DNA of 64,000 bases from Mobula hypostoma (Eukaryota), in the NCBI RefSeq assembly GCF_963921235.1, contig NC_086112.1, positions 45,756,001 to 45,820,000 on the forward strand. Direction: 5' to 3'. The position numbers and the translations under genes were made by a program. The notes beneath the pieces were generated by a model. It was not told the DNA's origin. It saw only the letters and a list, made by a program, of their open reading frames with translations, and did no database searches. Positions 28,228 to 39,621 of this stretch are shown one piece after another. Each line of letters opens with the position of its first letter. The stretch's first letter is position 1.

Positions 28228-28363
28228 GCAAACAACAGGAATTCTGCAGATGCTGGAAATTCAAGCAACATACATCAAAGTTGCTGGTGAACGCAGCAGG
28301 CCAAGCAGCATCTATAGGAAGAGGCGCAGTCGACGTTTCAGGCCGAGACCCTTCGTCAGGACT
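28228..28363 (-). mobile_element. Penelope pLTR terminal fragment with hammerhead motif
   Basis: Near-identical to 59921-60057; minus strand reads AGTC-CTGACGA-AGG..CCT-GAAA-CGTC-GACT. Confidence 0.92.
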
Positions 28364-28376
28364 CCATGGTGGATAC

Positions 28377-29233
28377 TATACACGCACCTCTCTGGCATCC
28401 TTATGGTCAGTAACCACCTTTCGCAACTGGAGGCCCTGCTACTCAAAACTGTCTTATAGCTGGTCTCTTACACTAACACACATGCACCACACTTTTATAT
28501 GGCCCAGTTCAGCTTTCCACCATGTTCTTTGATACTTTGTGATCCCATGGTCATTGACCTGAACAGATCTAAGCATGGGGAGCCACTCTTAAAAATACTC
28601 ACTCCTTTAGACTGCTGAAGTCACTGGCCACACAGAGGGTCATGAATATATCCCAGACGAGTCTCCAGTGAACAAAGTCACTGGAGAGATATTGAATCTG
28701 GTGATATAGAAGTTTTTATTCAGCACAACAAGCAAGTATTCTTATGGTGACTCTCTCGGTAGAGTCCCACAAACCCAAAAATACATCACATTTTTATACC
28801 CTTAACGTCAAAGGTAACAATGATTGTATTTTTGGGTTTGTGGGACTCTACCGAGAGAGTCTCCATAAGAATACTTGCTTGTTGTGCTGAATAAAAACTT
28901 CTATATCACCAGATTCAATATCTCTCCAGTGACTTTGTTCACTGGAGACTCGTCTGGGATATATTCATGACCCTCTGTGTGGCCAGTGACTTCAGCAGTC
29001 TAAAGGAGTGAGTATTTTTAAGAGTGGCTCCCTATGCTTAGATCTGTTCAGGTCAATGACCATGGGATCACAAAGTATCAAAGAACATGGTGGAAAGCTG
29101 AACTGGGCCATATAAAAGTGTGGTGCATGTGTGTTAGTGTAAGAGACCAGCTATAAGACAGTTTTGAGTAGCAGGGCCTCCAGTTGCGAAAGGTGGTTAC
29201 TGACCATAAGGATGCCAGAGAGGTGCGTGTATA
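28377..29233. repeat. Long near-perfect inverted repeat: arms 28377-28785 and 28825-29233 (409 bp each), 39-bp spacer
   Basis: The arms are reverse complements; I saw only about 2 mismatches by eye. Confidence 0.97.
28943..28960 (+). promoter_or_regulatory. Primer-binding site, tRNA-Pro-like
   Basis: TGGAGACTCGTCTGGGAT vs canonical Pro PBS TGGGGGCTCGTCCGGGAT (15/18), directly after the LTR end. Confidence 0.75.
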
Positions 29234-29509
29234 CTCATTTGGGGGAATTGCATAATAGCATACATGTTTGTGAGTGTATTTGTGTGTTTTAGAATAAGGA
29301 ATACAACAGGCATCATGAGTTCAACAGCATATAAGCAGAAGATTGCAGAGTACTTACTCTGGTTTTAAATATCTACTGTTTAATTTTTATCCATCCTTTA
29401 TATTTTGCTTAGTATGGGAATTAGTGTGGAGATAATTTAGGGAGAGGACATACCCAGGTGGGTCTGTTGGGATGGCACCTGTAGAGGTTAGACAACATCA
29501 GATTGAGAA

Positions 29510-29650
29510 TCATAAGACCATAAGGAGCAGAATTAGGCCATTTGGCCCATCGAGTCTGCTCCGCCATTTCATCATGACTGATCTATTTCCCTTTCAGCCC
29601 CAATCTCCCATCTTCTCCCCGTACCCCTTCGTGCCCTGACTAGTCAAGAA
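29510..29650 (-). mobile_element. CR1 3' tail inserted in ERV gag
   Basis: CATAAGACCATAAG tail; similar to 56600-56760. Confidence 0.85.
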
Positions 29651-30133
29651 ATCCTGATGACCCCAAGCCAGCCCTTGACACTGATTACTACCATTCAGAA
29701 ACCCTTCACCCCCAGGGAGAAGCAAAGCATTTTGTCTGAGCTGCCCTCACTCTATTTCGCTTGTGGGAACTCAGAGTTCTGGCGTAAACTCAAAGAGATG
29801 ACTGGAATTCACCGGGTGCACCTCAAAGATATACACGTGTTGGTTAAGGTGAAATGCCCGAGGAATATGTGGGATAGTATGGCACAGGGAGTGCCGGATG
29901 GACATAGGCAATACTGGGAATGCCAGCAACAAGGAGAGATATTACTTTGGTAAAGGGGAAGTTGGGATGGCACCTGCAGAAGTTAGATAACATCAGGTTG
30001 AGAATCATAAGACCATAAGATCATAAGGAGCAGAATTAGGTCATTTGGCCCATTGAGTCTGCTCTGCCATTTCATCAGGACTGATCCATTGCCCTCTCAT
30101 CCTCAATCTCCCACCTTCTCCCCCTATCCCTTT

Positions 30134-31504
30134 AACTGATTTAATCAATGACATTTATGAGACTGGAATAATACTAGAAGAGATGAAAAAATCAGTATTT
30201 ATCACTCTTCCTAAGAAACCTGCAGCAATAGAATGTGAATTACATGGGACCATAAGTTTAATGAGTCATATCACCAAGATACTTCTAAGAATTTTGATGA
30301 CAAGAGCTAAAAGTAAGATACAAGCTGAAATAAGTAAAGAACAATGTGGTTTTGTGAAAGACAAAGGTACAAGAAACGCAATATTGATAGTAAGGATACT
30401 ATCAGAACAAGCTATTCAAGTGCAAAAAGATTTGTTTGTTTTATCGACTACACAAAAGCATTTGATAAAGTGAAGCACAATAAGTTAGTTGAAATATTAC
30501 AAAAAACTCTAGATCTAGATTCAAAAGACCTCTGCCCAATCAGAAATCTGTACTGAGAACAAGCTGCTGCTGTAAGAATAGAGAAGTGAGTCAGTTTACG
30601 AAAATCAAGGGAGGCGTTAGACAAGGGTGCATTTTCTCCCCTGATTTATTTAATGTGTACAGTGAAACAATATTACAAAAAATAAGAGACATCTTGGGAA
30701 TCAAAGTTGTCAGTGAAAACATCAATAATTTCAGATACGCAGATGACACTGTGTTAATTGCAAATATGGAGGAAGAACTACAAAACTTAATTGATATAGT
30801 TGTTGAAGAAAGTGCAAAAATGGGTTTATCTATCAATTGCAAAAAGACAGAATGTATGGTGATATCCAAAAAGAAGGAGAATCCTATCTGCAGGCTGAAA
30901 ATAAATGGGTAAGACATAAAACAAGTACAGAAATTTTGCTACTTAGGGAGCTGGGTGACATCAGATGGCAGGTGCGACATGGACATCAAAAGAAGAATAG
31001 GGATGGCAAAAGACACCTTTACGAGAACGAAGAGTATACTGACCAATAGTAAACTAGGCATGACAACCCGCCTCAGTGTACTGAAATGTTACATTTATCC
31101 AGTTATGTTATATGGCTCAGAATGTTGGACAATGTCAAGTAACATGAGGAAACGAATTGTAGCAGCATAGATGTGGTTTTTGAGGAGGATGCAAAGAATA
31201 TCATGGATGAAACTAATATCTAATGAGGATGTCATGAACAGAGCAAACACAAAAAGAGAAATAATGTATGAGATCATGAAAAGACAACGTAACTTTATTG
31301 GACATGTGATTAGGAAAGAGGAATTAGAATGCACGGTAATTATGGGAAAGATTGAAGGGAAGAAAGTAAGAGGAAGACGAAGACAAATGATGATGGAGAC
31401 AACAGCCAGAGAACTGGAAATGTATACCAATGAATTGACCCGAAACAGGAGTGTGTTGGCCATGGCAGTCAAAGCTCAAACTGGGCATGGCACCTGATGA
31501 TGAT
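30134..31504 (+). mobile_element. 5'-truncated RTE-clade LINE
   Basis: FIDYTKAFDKV, GVRQGCIFSPDLFN, YADD, YGSECWT, MWFLRRMQRISW; (TGA)n tail. Confidence 0.95.
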
Positions 31505-32675
31505 GGTGAAAGGGGAAGCGTGGCAGTGACTAGGGAACGGTAACGTCAGTGGTTCAGAGAGCTGATGAGCCAGTCATGGATTATGCAGAGCGTAAATATC
31601 AAGCGTATGAGGAGTATTCAGGGTTGGGCAATTCAGGAAGGGACAACCCAGTCTTCCTAAAAATGTTGAAGGAGGGCATGAGCTCAGCCCACCAAGAAGT
31701 TTTAGATTTGGCGACAGCAGTGGCATCAACCTACTCCACAAAAGTATCATGGGCCAGGGGGGTAGACTAGAGAAACGGGAAGAGAAGTTATTAAGTGGCA
31801 GAGTGGATGTATCTGTTGTGACATCACAGAGGACTTGCTTTGTGTGCCAACAACTAGGGCACCTAGCAAGGAATTGCCGGAATAGACATGGAAGGGGAAA
31901 GGAGCTGATTTGATATATCCGTGGCCTCTCAGGCCATGGTTGGAGGCAGGGTCCTGGTAAGGGAGGAATTTGTGAGAATCACTCACCAAAACAGGCAGAA
32001 ACCACAGCGATGCCCTTTCAGTCTGATCTGACTGCCAACCAGATCTAAGGCAGCTTCTAGGTCAGACAAATAGCTGATGGCAGCCTCCATTGCAAGTGCT
32101 GGTCTCCCACATATGTACACAAAAGGTTTGATAGGGAGCTGGCAATGCCATATTTTTTGGATACGGGGTCTTCAGTCTCAATAACTGATCTACCTGTGCC
32201 CATGGCTGGAGAGGTGACTTATATTACCAGTGCAGGGGGTGAAATGAGAGCAGAGGGAAGTGAGCCTCAGGTAGTCAGGAAGTGCAGCTTCCTGCAGATT
32301 TCTGGGTGCGGACAAACAATGAGGGTGCTACCCTGGGGATAGAATATTTGCATTGATTAATTTCTCCTAAAGCCCTTTGGAGCTTTAGAAGTGTCTTGAC
32401 ATTTACAATGGGCTTCTACTATGTATGCCAAAGGAACCATTTATCACCCCAGAGTATTGAAGGAAAACAATGCCATTGTAACTGCTGAAATTGTATTGAA
32501 TCACCTGCTGTTCCCTTTGATCTTAAAGGTGTAAAAGTGTGATGTGCCTTTGGGTTTGTGAGCCTCTGCTGAGAGGGTCCCCAGAAGGACGCCTGGTTGT
32601 TGTGCTGAATAAAAGCTTCCATATCACCAGTTTCAGTATTTCTCCGGTGACTTTGTTCACAGTCACAACAGGCAT

Positions 32676-33935
32676 GACCATTTCAGAGAATCTGTCCTGG
32701 GACCAGCGTGTAAACTCCATTATAAAGAAAGCATGGCAGCGCCTCTACTTTCTTAGAAGTTTGTGTAGATTTAGCATGTCATCTAAAACTTTGACAAACA
32801 TCTATAGATGTGTGGTGGAGAGCGTCCTGTTGGGGCATCACAACCTGATATGGAATCACCCATGTCCATGAATGGGGACACTCACAATAAGTCATGAATG
32901 CAGTGCTGTCCATCACAGGCAAAGCACTCCCCGCCATTGAGCACATCTACAGGGAGTGCCACCAGAGGAAAGCAGCATCCAGCATCAAGGAACCTATCAT
33001 GCAAGCCACGGCCTTTTTTCACTGCCACCATCGGGAACGATGTGCAGAAGCCTTAGGTCCCACACAAACAGTGCCAGAACAATTATTACAGTTAGTGGTT
33101 GAGGCAGGTTCGATGTTGTCATTTAAAGTTAAATTGGACAGCTATATGGACAGGAAAGGAATGGAGGGTTATGGGCTGAGTGCAGGTCGATGGGACTAGG
33201 TGAGAGTAAGAGTTTGGCACGGATTAGAAGGGCCGAGATGGCCTGTTTCCGTGCTGTAATTGTTATATGGTTATATTACCTGTCAACCATCAGGCTTCTG
33301 AACCAGTGTAGTTAACTTTACTTCGTTCAAGTCAACAATGGACTATTTCACAATCTATGGATGCATTTTCAAGTACTCTACAACTCATGTTCTCAATGCC
33401 AATTTTTGTAATTGCACAGTTTGTTTTCTTATGCGGATTGTCTGTCTCTGTTTGTGTGTTAATGCTGTCAATATAGCACCCAGATACCCCTACCCCAAAA
33501 AAACGGCAAAAAAAAGTTTTATGGTCATTTCTTGTACTTTCAGATACACTGAACAACATATCAAAAGTTGGACAGAAATGGAGCACGGGAAAGTAAAAAG
33601 AATCTGACATTAAAAATATGGCTGCCAATGAAAAGAATTGGACCCATACCTGTCTTATTTTGCTATATTTCACTGTTTCTAACAACGCTAGTGTCATAAT
33701 TGTGGTACAAAATGTGAATGGGAATACCCGCAGAAGATGCATACATTGCAGGATGACAACCCTGAAGTTCATCGGAAGTTCCAGTCTGGGTTCCATGTAG
33801 TTTTGCATTGATTTTATGGTGTTTCTCTGTATCTACTGTGAATGCCCACAAGAAAGGAATCTCAGGGTAGTATATTGAGGCATATACTGTAAGTACTTTG
33901 ATGATAGATTTACTTTGAACATTGATATTTGAACT
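32676..33935 (+). mobile_element. Rex1-type LINE 3' part (with CR1 tail nested at ~33091-33275)
   Basis: ISENLSWDQRVNSIIKKAWQRLYFLRSL; standard tail. Confidence 0.82.
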
Positions 33936-34407
33936 TCCTACAAATACCGCTGGATTTATGACTGAAAACAGAATGCGCCATTACCATTAACGTTATTTTG
34001 ACTGAATCTACTGACTATCATCCAGACAGAGTTTATAATCATTTGAACACAATTGATGGTTAGGAATTCTCTGCATTGCCATCAAAGTGTTTTCCTTTGT
34101 GGGAATTTTATAGAAATGTTGTATTATGAATTAGAATTTGCCAGATTTGAAATAATGTGAACACCAACTAATAATAATATTTAAAAATTGGATCACCACA
34201 GGTAGGGGTGACATTCAGTGCTACTGCTTGCATCACACACACTAAATATTTTCAAATTTCCCAAATCAGTAACTGGTAACATTTGGATGTTGCATTTTCA
34301 GTTTTATCTTTGACAGTTTAACTCAGTAGTGCTCCATAAAATGTAATGAACGAGTGCCCATTTTACTATTGATGATAAACCTGTGAAATCAGTCTGCTAA
34401 AGTTTAT

Positions 34408-35038
34408 CACCTACGCTCTGTCTGCCAGAGAAAGCAGGATCTCCCAGTGGCCACACACTTTAATTCCATGTCCCATTCCCATTCTGATATGTCTGTCCAC
34501 AGCCTCCCCTACTGTCAAGATGAAGCCACACTCAGGTTGGAGGAACAACACCTTATATTCCGTCTGGGTAGCCTCCAACCTGATGGCATGAACATCGACT
34601 TCTCAAACTTCCATTAATGCCCCACCTCCCCTTCGTACCCCATCCGTTATTTATTTATTTATTTATTATTGTTATTAATGTTTTTCCTCTCTCTCTCCTT
34701 TTTCTCCCTCTGTCCCTCTCACTATACTCCTTGCCCATCCTCTGGGCTTCCCCCCTCCCCCTTTCTTTCTCCCTAGGCCTCCCGTCCCATGATCCTCTCC
34801 CTTCTACAGCCTCATATCCATTTTGCCAAACAACTTTCCAGCTCTTGGCTCCATCCCTCCCCCTCCTGTCTTCTCCTATCATTTCGGATCTCCCCCTTCT
34901 CCTCCCACTTTCAAATCTCTTACTATCTCTTCTTTCAGTTAGTCCTGACAAAGGGTCTCAGCCTGAGACGTCGACTGTACCTCTTCCTATAGAGGCTGCC
35001 CTGCCTGCTGCATTCACCAGCATTTTTGGTGTGTATTA
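34408..35038 (+). mobile_element. 5'-truncated Penelope-like element (GIY-YIG C-terminus + pLTR)
   Basis: DLPVATHFN..EATLRLEEQHLIFRLGSLQPDGMNIDF; pLTR with hammerhead remnant at ~34941-34976; TSD-like CT(A/G)AAGTTTAT. Confidence 0.93.
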
Positions 35039-36511
35039 CTGAAGTTTATTGTAAGTTTTAAAATGGGCATACATTCATTACATGTATTATTTTAGGGTTC
35101 AGTTGCCCTACTATCTGCTGAAATAACCACTCTTTTTCCATGCTGACATTGAGGCATGCATCTGCCCACTTGATCTTTCTAAGGATTCTACTTATTTGGG
35201 GATGACTATTAGCAAATGGTACAAATTATTATTCAAATATTTGCAAATATTTAGTTAATATATTTCAACATCTTCTAAATTGCTGAATTCATAAACCTGT
35301 TTCAAAAATAAGCTTAATCTCAAACAGAATTGAAGAAGTATGTAAAATTAGAGCAAAATTTTTGTTTGACATATCGATAACCTCTGATTTATTTCTAATA
35401 TAAGCAGAAAGAAATCATTATATAATCATGCATTTATGAAAAAGAGTTGCACACTGTCTCAGAGATTTATATTTTGTTGATAATATTGTCCAAATAAAAC
35501 TTCGTGCTGGATAACTTGCCTGATTACAAAGTGTACTTTTGATGGAAAGAAATTAAAAACGAGCTCTGTTGGCTAAATATTTTGTGTATGTGTTTCAACA
35601 GCAGTATATTCAGGCAGAGGTCCATTCTGCTAGAAAGTGTCTTTGTGGGATGTGCCTACTAGACTTGAAAAGATTAGTTTGTGCTGGTCTATTAATGGGT
35701 ACAATGGCATTAGGGATGAGATGTATCCTGAGCAAGATAAATACTGTCAGCTTTGGCTTTATCTCAGCAGTGAGATTTATCCAAAGCTGAATGGTTATTG
35801 ATCAGGCTGTAGATTATCATATAATGAACTCTAAGTTCACTTAGGACTTATTTTTGGTGAAGCAAAGTTGACAAACAAACAGCTACTCAATTAATTCTTA
35901 AGTTCTCTCTTACAATTAATGGTCACTGGAAAACCAAGGTGAGTTGCTGCAAAGCTTCTTACAGATTCAATGCTTTTGCAGCTTCTGGAAGACTGGAGTA
36001 TAGCTCACCAACTTCTTACAAAACAATATTAAAAGGATGAGGAATATTGCCATAGCAGTATGTATTTCTGAATAGAATCACTATGGTCGGGTCTGTTTGG
36101 TGTAGAAGTGTTCAACTACTTCATTAAAATGATCTTGTTATGTCTTGCAGATTCAAAACATTTAACTAAAACTAAGGAAGACGTGGGGTGTCCAAAAATG
36201 GGTGTAACTTCGTCTTTGCTTTAAGCAAGATGCACAGGTATCACACGGTAGCGTAATGACGTATGCAGTTAACTTTTTTTTTTACAATATAACCCAGAAT
36301 TAGTTATTTAATCAAAAAAGAATACTTAATCAACTTATATATATACAAGATTACTCAAATATTATTGAAATATTAAACACTCAACACTCCTCCCTGCTTA
36401 GCTACAGTATAAACTCCAACTCAAGAATGAATGCATCTCAACTATATACACAGTAGACGATATGATACAACTACTATATCCAGACATCCACAGCATAGTA
36501 AGTTTTAAATT

Positions 36512-37137
36512 CCAACACTCCTGTATGCATCAGAAACCTGGACAACATACCGATGACATCTGAAGGCACTTGAAAAGTTCCATCAATGCTGTCTTCGAAA
36601 CATCTTAAATATCAGCTGGGAAGATTGAAGAACCAACGTCAGTGTGCTAAATGAAGCAAAAACAACAAGCATTGAAGCCTACGTCATCAAGAACCAACTA
36701 AGATGGAGTGATCATGTTGTTCGGATGAAAGACGAACGTCTGCCGAAACAAATCTTCTACTCCCAGTTTGAAGAAGGCAAACGTAAAAGAGGTAGACAAC
36801 AGAACAGATTCAAAGACGTCTTAAAAGCCAACATGAAGAAATGTAACATCGACATCAACAATTGGGAAACCAATGCCAAGGACAGGAAACTCTGGCAAGC
36901 CATCATCCGAGAAGGAACAGCAACTTTCGAAGCCAACAGATGTGCAGAATTAGAAGAAAATGGAAAGAGAGGCAGCACCAACCAAAGCCCGATCTGCCAT
37001 CTGGAACTACCTGTCCTGAATGTGGAAGAACTTTCAAAGCCAAGATTGGACTCATAAGCCACTTGAGAGCCCATAAGTAGATCAACAGAACGAAGACCAT
37101 CATCCTTGACCTCGAGTGATAGCCACAACCATGACGA
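36512..37137 (+). mobile_element. 5'-truncated RTE-clade LINE with ~31-bp TSD
   Basis: LLYASETW, QLRWSDHVVRMKDERLPKQIFYS, C-terminal CPECGRTFKAKIGLISHLRAH; TSD CAGACATCCACAGCATAGTAA(G/A)TTTTAAATT at 36481-36511 / 37138-37168. Confidence 0.93.
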
Positions 37138-37391
37138 CAGACATCCACAGCATAGTAAATTTTAAATTGCCCATTTAGGCTTAAAGATTTAATTGCTGTG
37201 GAGGATTTCTTACTCTCATGGGATAAGAGAGTTTCTTACTCTCTTTCCTGACAAGGGGGAGCTTTTGTTTGGCAAGTGAGACTTGTGACTGTGAAACAAT
37301 CCCAGGTTCTGGGGCTTCCTCTGTGGTGGTTTCAGGAATTGACTCTGAGACTGAAGGAAGTGGTTCTGACAGCTCTAGACACCTTTCTTCT

Positions 37392-38155
37392 CCCTTTCTC
37401 TCTCTATATCTATTTTGATCCCTTTCTTTTTCTTTCTCATGTTCCTTCTCTCTTTCACACCATTTTCCTTCACTATCTTGTACATCTTGATCCTGGGAAG
37501 GTGTATTTAGTTCAAAAAGCATCGAGTACTTTTCTGGCATACTTGATGAATAAACTCCTCTCAGGCATCAAGCGGGTACACACCAACGTTTCGATGACAA
37601 AGAAGAAGATGGCAGAGTTTGTCATCGAAACATCAGTTATAATCAGTACCTGTACTTGGCTTTAAGTCTGAGAAGAGTTTACTCATTGCATTTAGTTCAC
37701 TGAAGTATTCTCTTATTAATCCCTGTATTGCTAACTTTATGATCTGATCTTTCCCCTTAGTTCCCTCATTCACAACATCATTTAATGAAGCCTGTTTTTG
37801 TATCTCCATTGACTGCTTTCTTTTTGTCCTTCTATTCATCCAGCTGCGCTTTGGTCTTTGAATCTACTTTTACAAGCAGCTTTTTGCCTTCTACTTGAAC
37901 AACCTTAATGCATTCAATGTAGACTCTGGTTCTTTATACTCACAAAAGCTGAATACTTGCAACTTTCCTGAAGCTCCTTGAATTCTCTTCCAGCTTAAAA
38001 CCAAGCCACAGTTTGCAAGTAACTGCCTGATTAACATATCAGAAACTTTCTCAGAAATGTTGCCTACAAAAACTTCCATGTTTTCTCTGAGCAACGTCGT
38101 CCTTCCTTGGTCCAATATACTTTCCAACCAGAGCCACAGAGGCTGGTACCAATGC
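37392..38155 (-). pseudogene. RBM25: Processed (intronless), disrupted fragment of RNA-binding motif protein 25 (RRM through RE-rich region)
   Basis: ALVPASVALVGKYIGPRKD; VFVGNISEKVSDMLIRQLLANCGLVLSWKRIQGASGKLQVFSFCEYKEPESTLNALRL; KKLLVKVDSKTKAQLDE; IREYFSELN|TPSQD; EREKEHEKEKERD. All match my recollection of vertebrate RBM25. Frameshifts and deletions are present. Confidence 0.93.
37515..37686. mobile_element. Fold-back Penelope-type mini-insertion (second family) inside the RBM25 copy
   Basis: 13-bp TSD TG(T/C)ATTTAGTTCA (37502-14 / 37687-99); inverted arms; partial hammerhead core GAAGA-A-GATGGCA..TGTCATC-GAAAC. Confidence 0.7.
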
Positions 38156-39621
38156 CTGTTAGTCTTCTGTCGGGCAGTGATTCCTGGTGCTTGGCATGGT
38201 GATTGTGTTTGGCATGGCCAGTTGTGGCATCATCCAGCCCCTTTCTGAATTTGCTCTCAGTTGGCTTTGTTGCAGGAAATGTGGCATGCAAATGGTGGAT
38301 AGATCGCTGATCAAGTTGTAGTTGTCTCAGCCACTCATGTCTCCACAATGCTGGATCTTCTGTTTTTACCACATAAAGCCCAATTTAGATTGTTGGTTGT
38401 TGCATTTCACAGCCACATATGTCATTCCCACAGGAGTTAACTTTTCTCCAGTATAAGATTTTAGTTTGAAATGCCATTCAAACTCACTTTGTGGAATGAC
38501 TGAAACAGCTGAATCAGTGTCTAATTCCATTTAAACCAATTTGCCGTTCAATTCTGACATAAGCCATATTGCTTGTCTATTGTTAATTTTCACACTGTTA
38601 ATCTCAAGACTACACAATCCTGCATCACCCTCATCATTGTCAGATTTTTCATTTTCAGCATGCAGATTAGTGCTCTTTTTGAAACTGCAACTTGACATTT
38701 TAACTTCTTTTCTTCCCTGAGCAGTCCATTTATTTTTGTCTGCCTGACATGTTCTTTGTATATATCCTACTTTGTTGAATTTTCTGCAAATCTGCATTGG
38801 TCTGGTGTATGTGAGCCCCTGTCACAATAGAAAAATAGTTGGTTTGGCTAGGCAGGTTTCTGTTTAGACATTGCAATTTTGTTCACACTCACTTACGTTC
38901 CTGACTGCAACTCAATTGTGTCTCTGTCTGTGGTTTCCATTGAAACAGCGATTTCCACTGCTCATTTGAATGTAAACTGTGCTTCAGTTAGGAGCTGTTT
39001 GTGAATGTTTTCTTTTAAGATTCCACAACCTAAGCAATTTCTCCATGTATCATTAAGCTCGTTACCAATCTGACGATGCTCAGCCAATCTCTTCAATACA
39101 GCCATGTACACTGAAATGGATACACTTAAATTGACTCACTTTCCTTTTGATTCTGCTTATGAAACCTAAAGCATTCTGCAATCAACAATGGCTTTAGTTC
39201 TAAATGTTCCTCATTACCATTACAATAGCAGCAAATCTCATTTCTGATGGTTTGGTTGGAGCAGTCCAACTTCAAAGCAAACTCCATGCCTATAAACCCA
39301 ATGAACTCAGCATAATTGGCACTTGCTTCTTGTTGTTTGTTTCATTTACTTCAATATACTGTTCCAATAGCTCAGTGCCAATTACCCATTGTATAATCAA
39401 ACACATTAATCTTTCCGATGTATCCAGTCTTTTCTGATTTTTTAAATGATTATAGTCACCCAGTACTCACTCTTAATGAATCCTGAATTCTTCCATTTTT
39501 TGGGTTTTCTTAAAAAACACTCATGCTGTTCTATTTCAACATTGCTCTTGCTGTGTTTTATTTTATTTCAAACATCTCACTGCAGCAGGTCAGTAGTCAC
39601 ATGGGGCTCGTTTTAAAATTA

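Larger units (their letters stand above)
27417..32670 (+). mobile_element. Endogenous retrovirus-like provirus remnant (LTR-gag-pro-deletion-LTR)
   Basis: 5-bp TSD GGCAT (27412-16 / 32671-75); TG...CA ends; 5' LTR ~27417-28941 and partial 3' LTR 32341-32670 are homologous; PBS at 28943-60; gag CA (KPFTPREKQSILSELP), MHR-like QRADEPVMDYAER, zinc knuckle CFVCQQLGHLARNC (~31837-31878); protease FLDTGS (~32154). Confidence 0.85.

Noticed and set aside
37392-38155. Functional RBM25 exons of a host gene
   Set aside because: No introns, several frameshifts and deletions, a TE insertion, and it is embedded between Gypsy LTRs.
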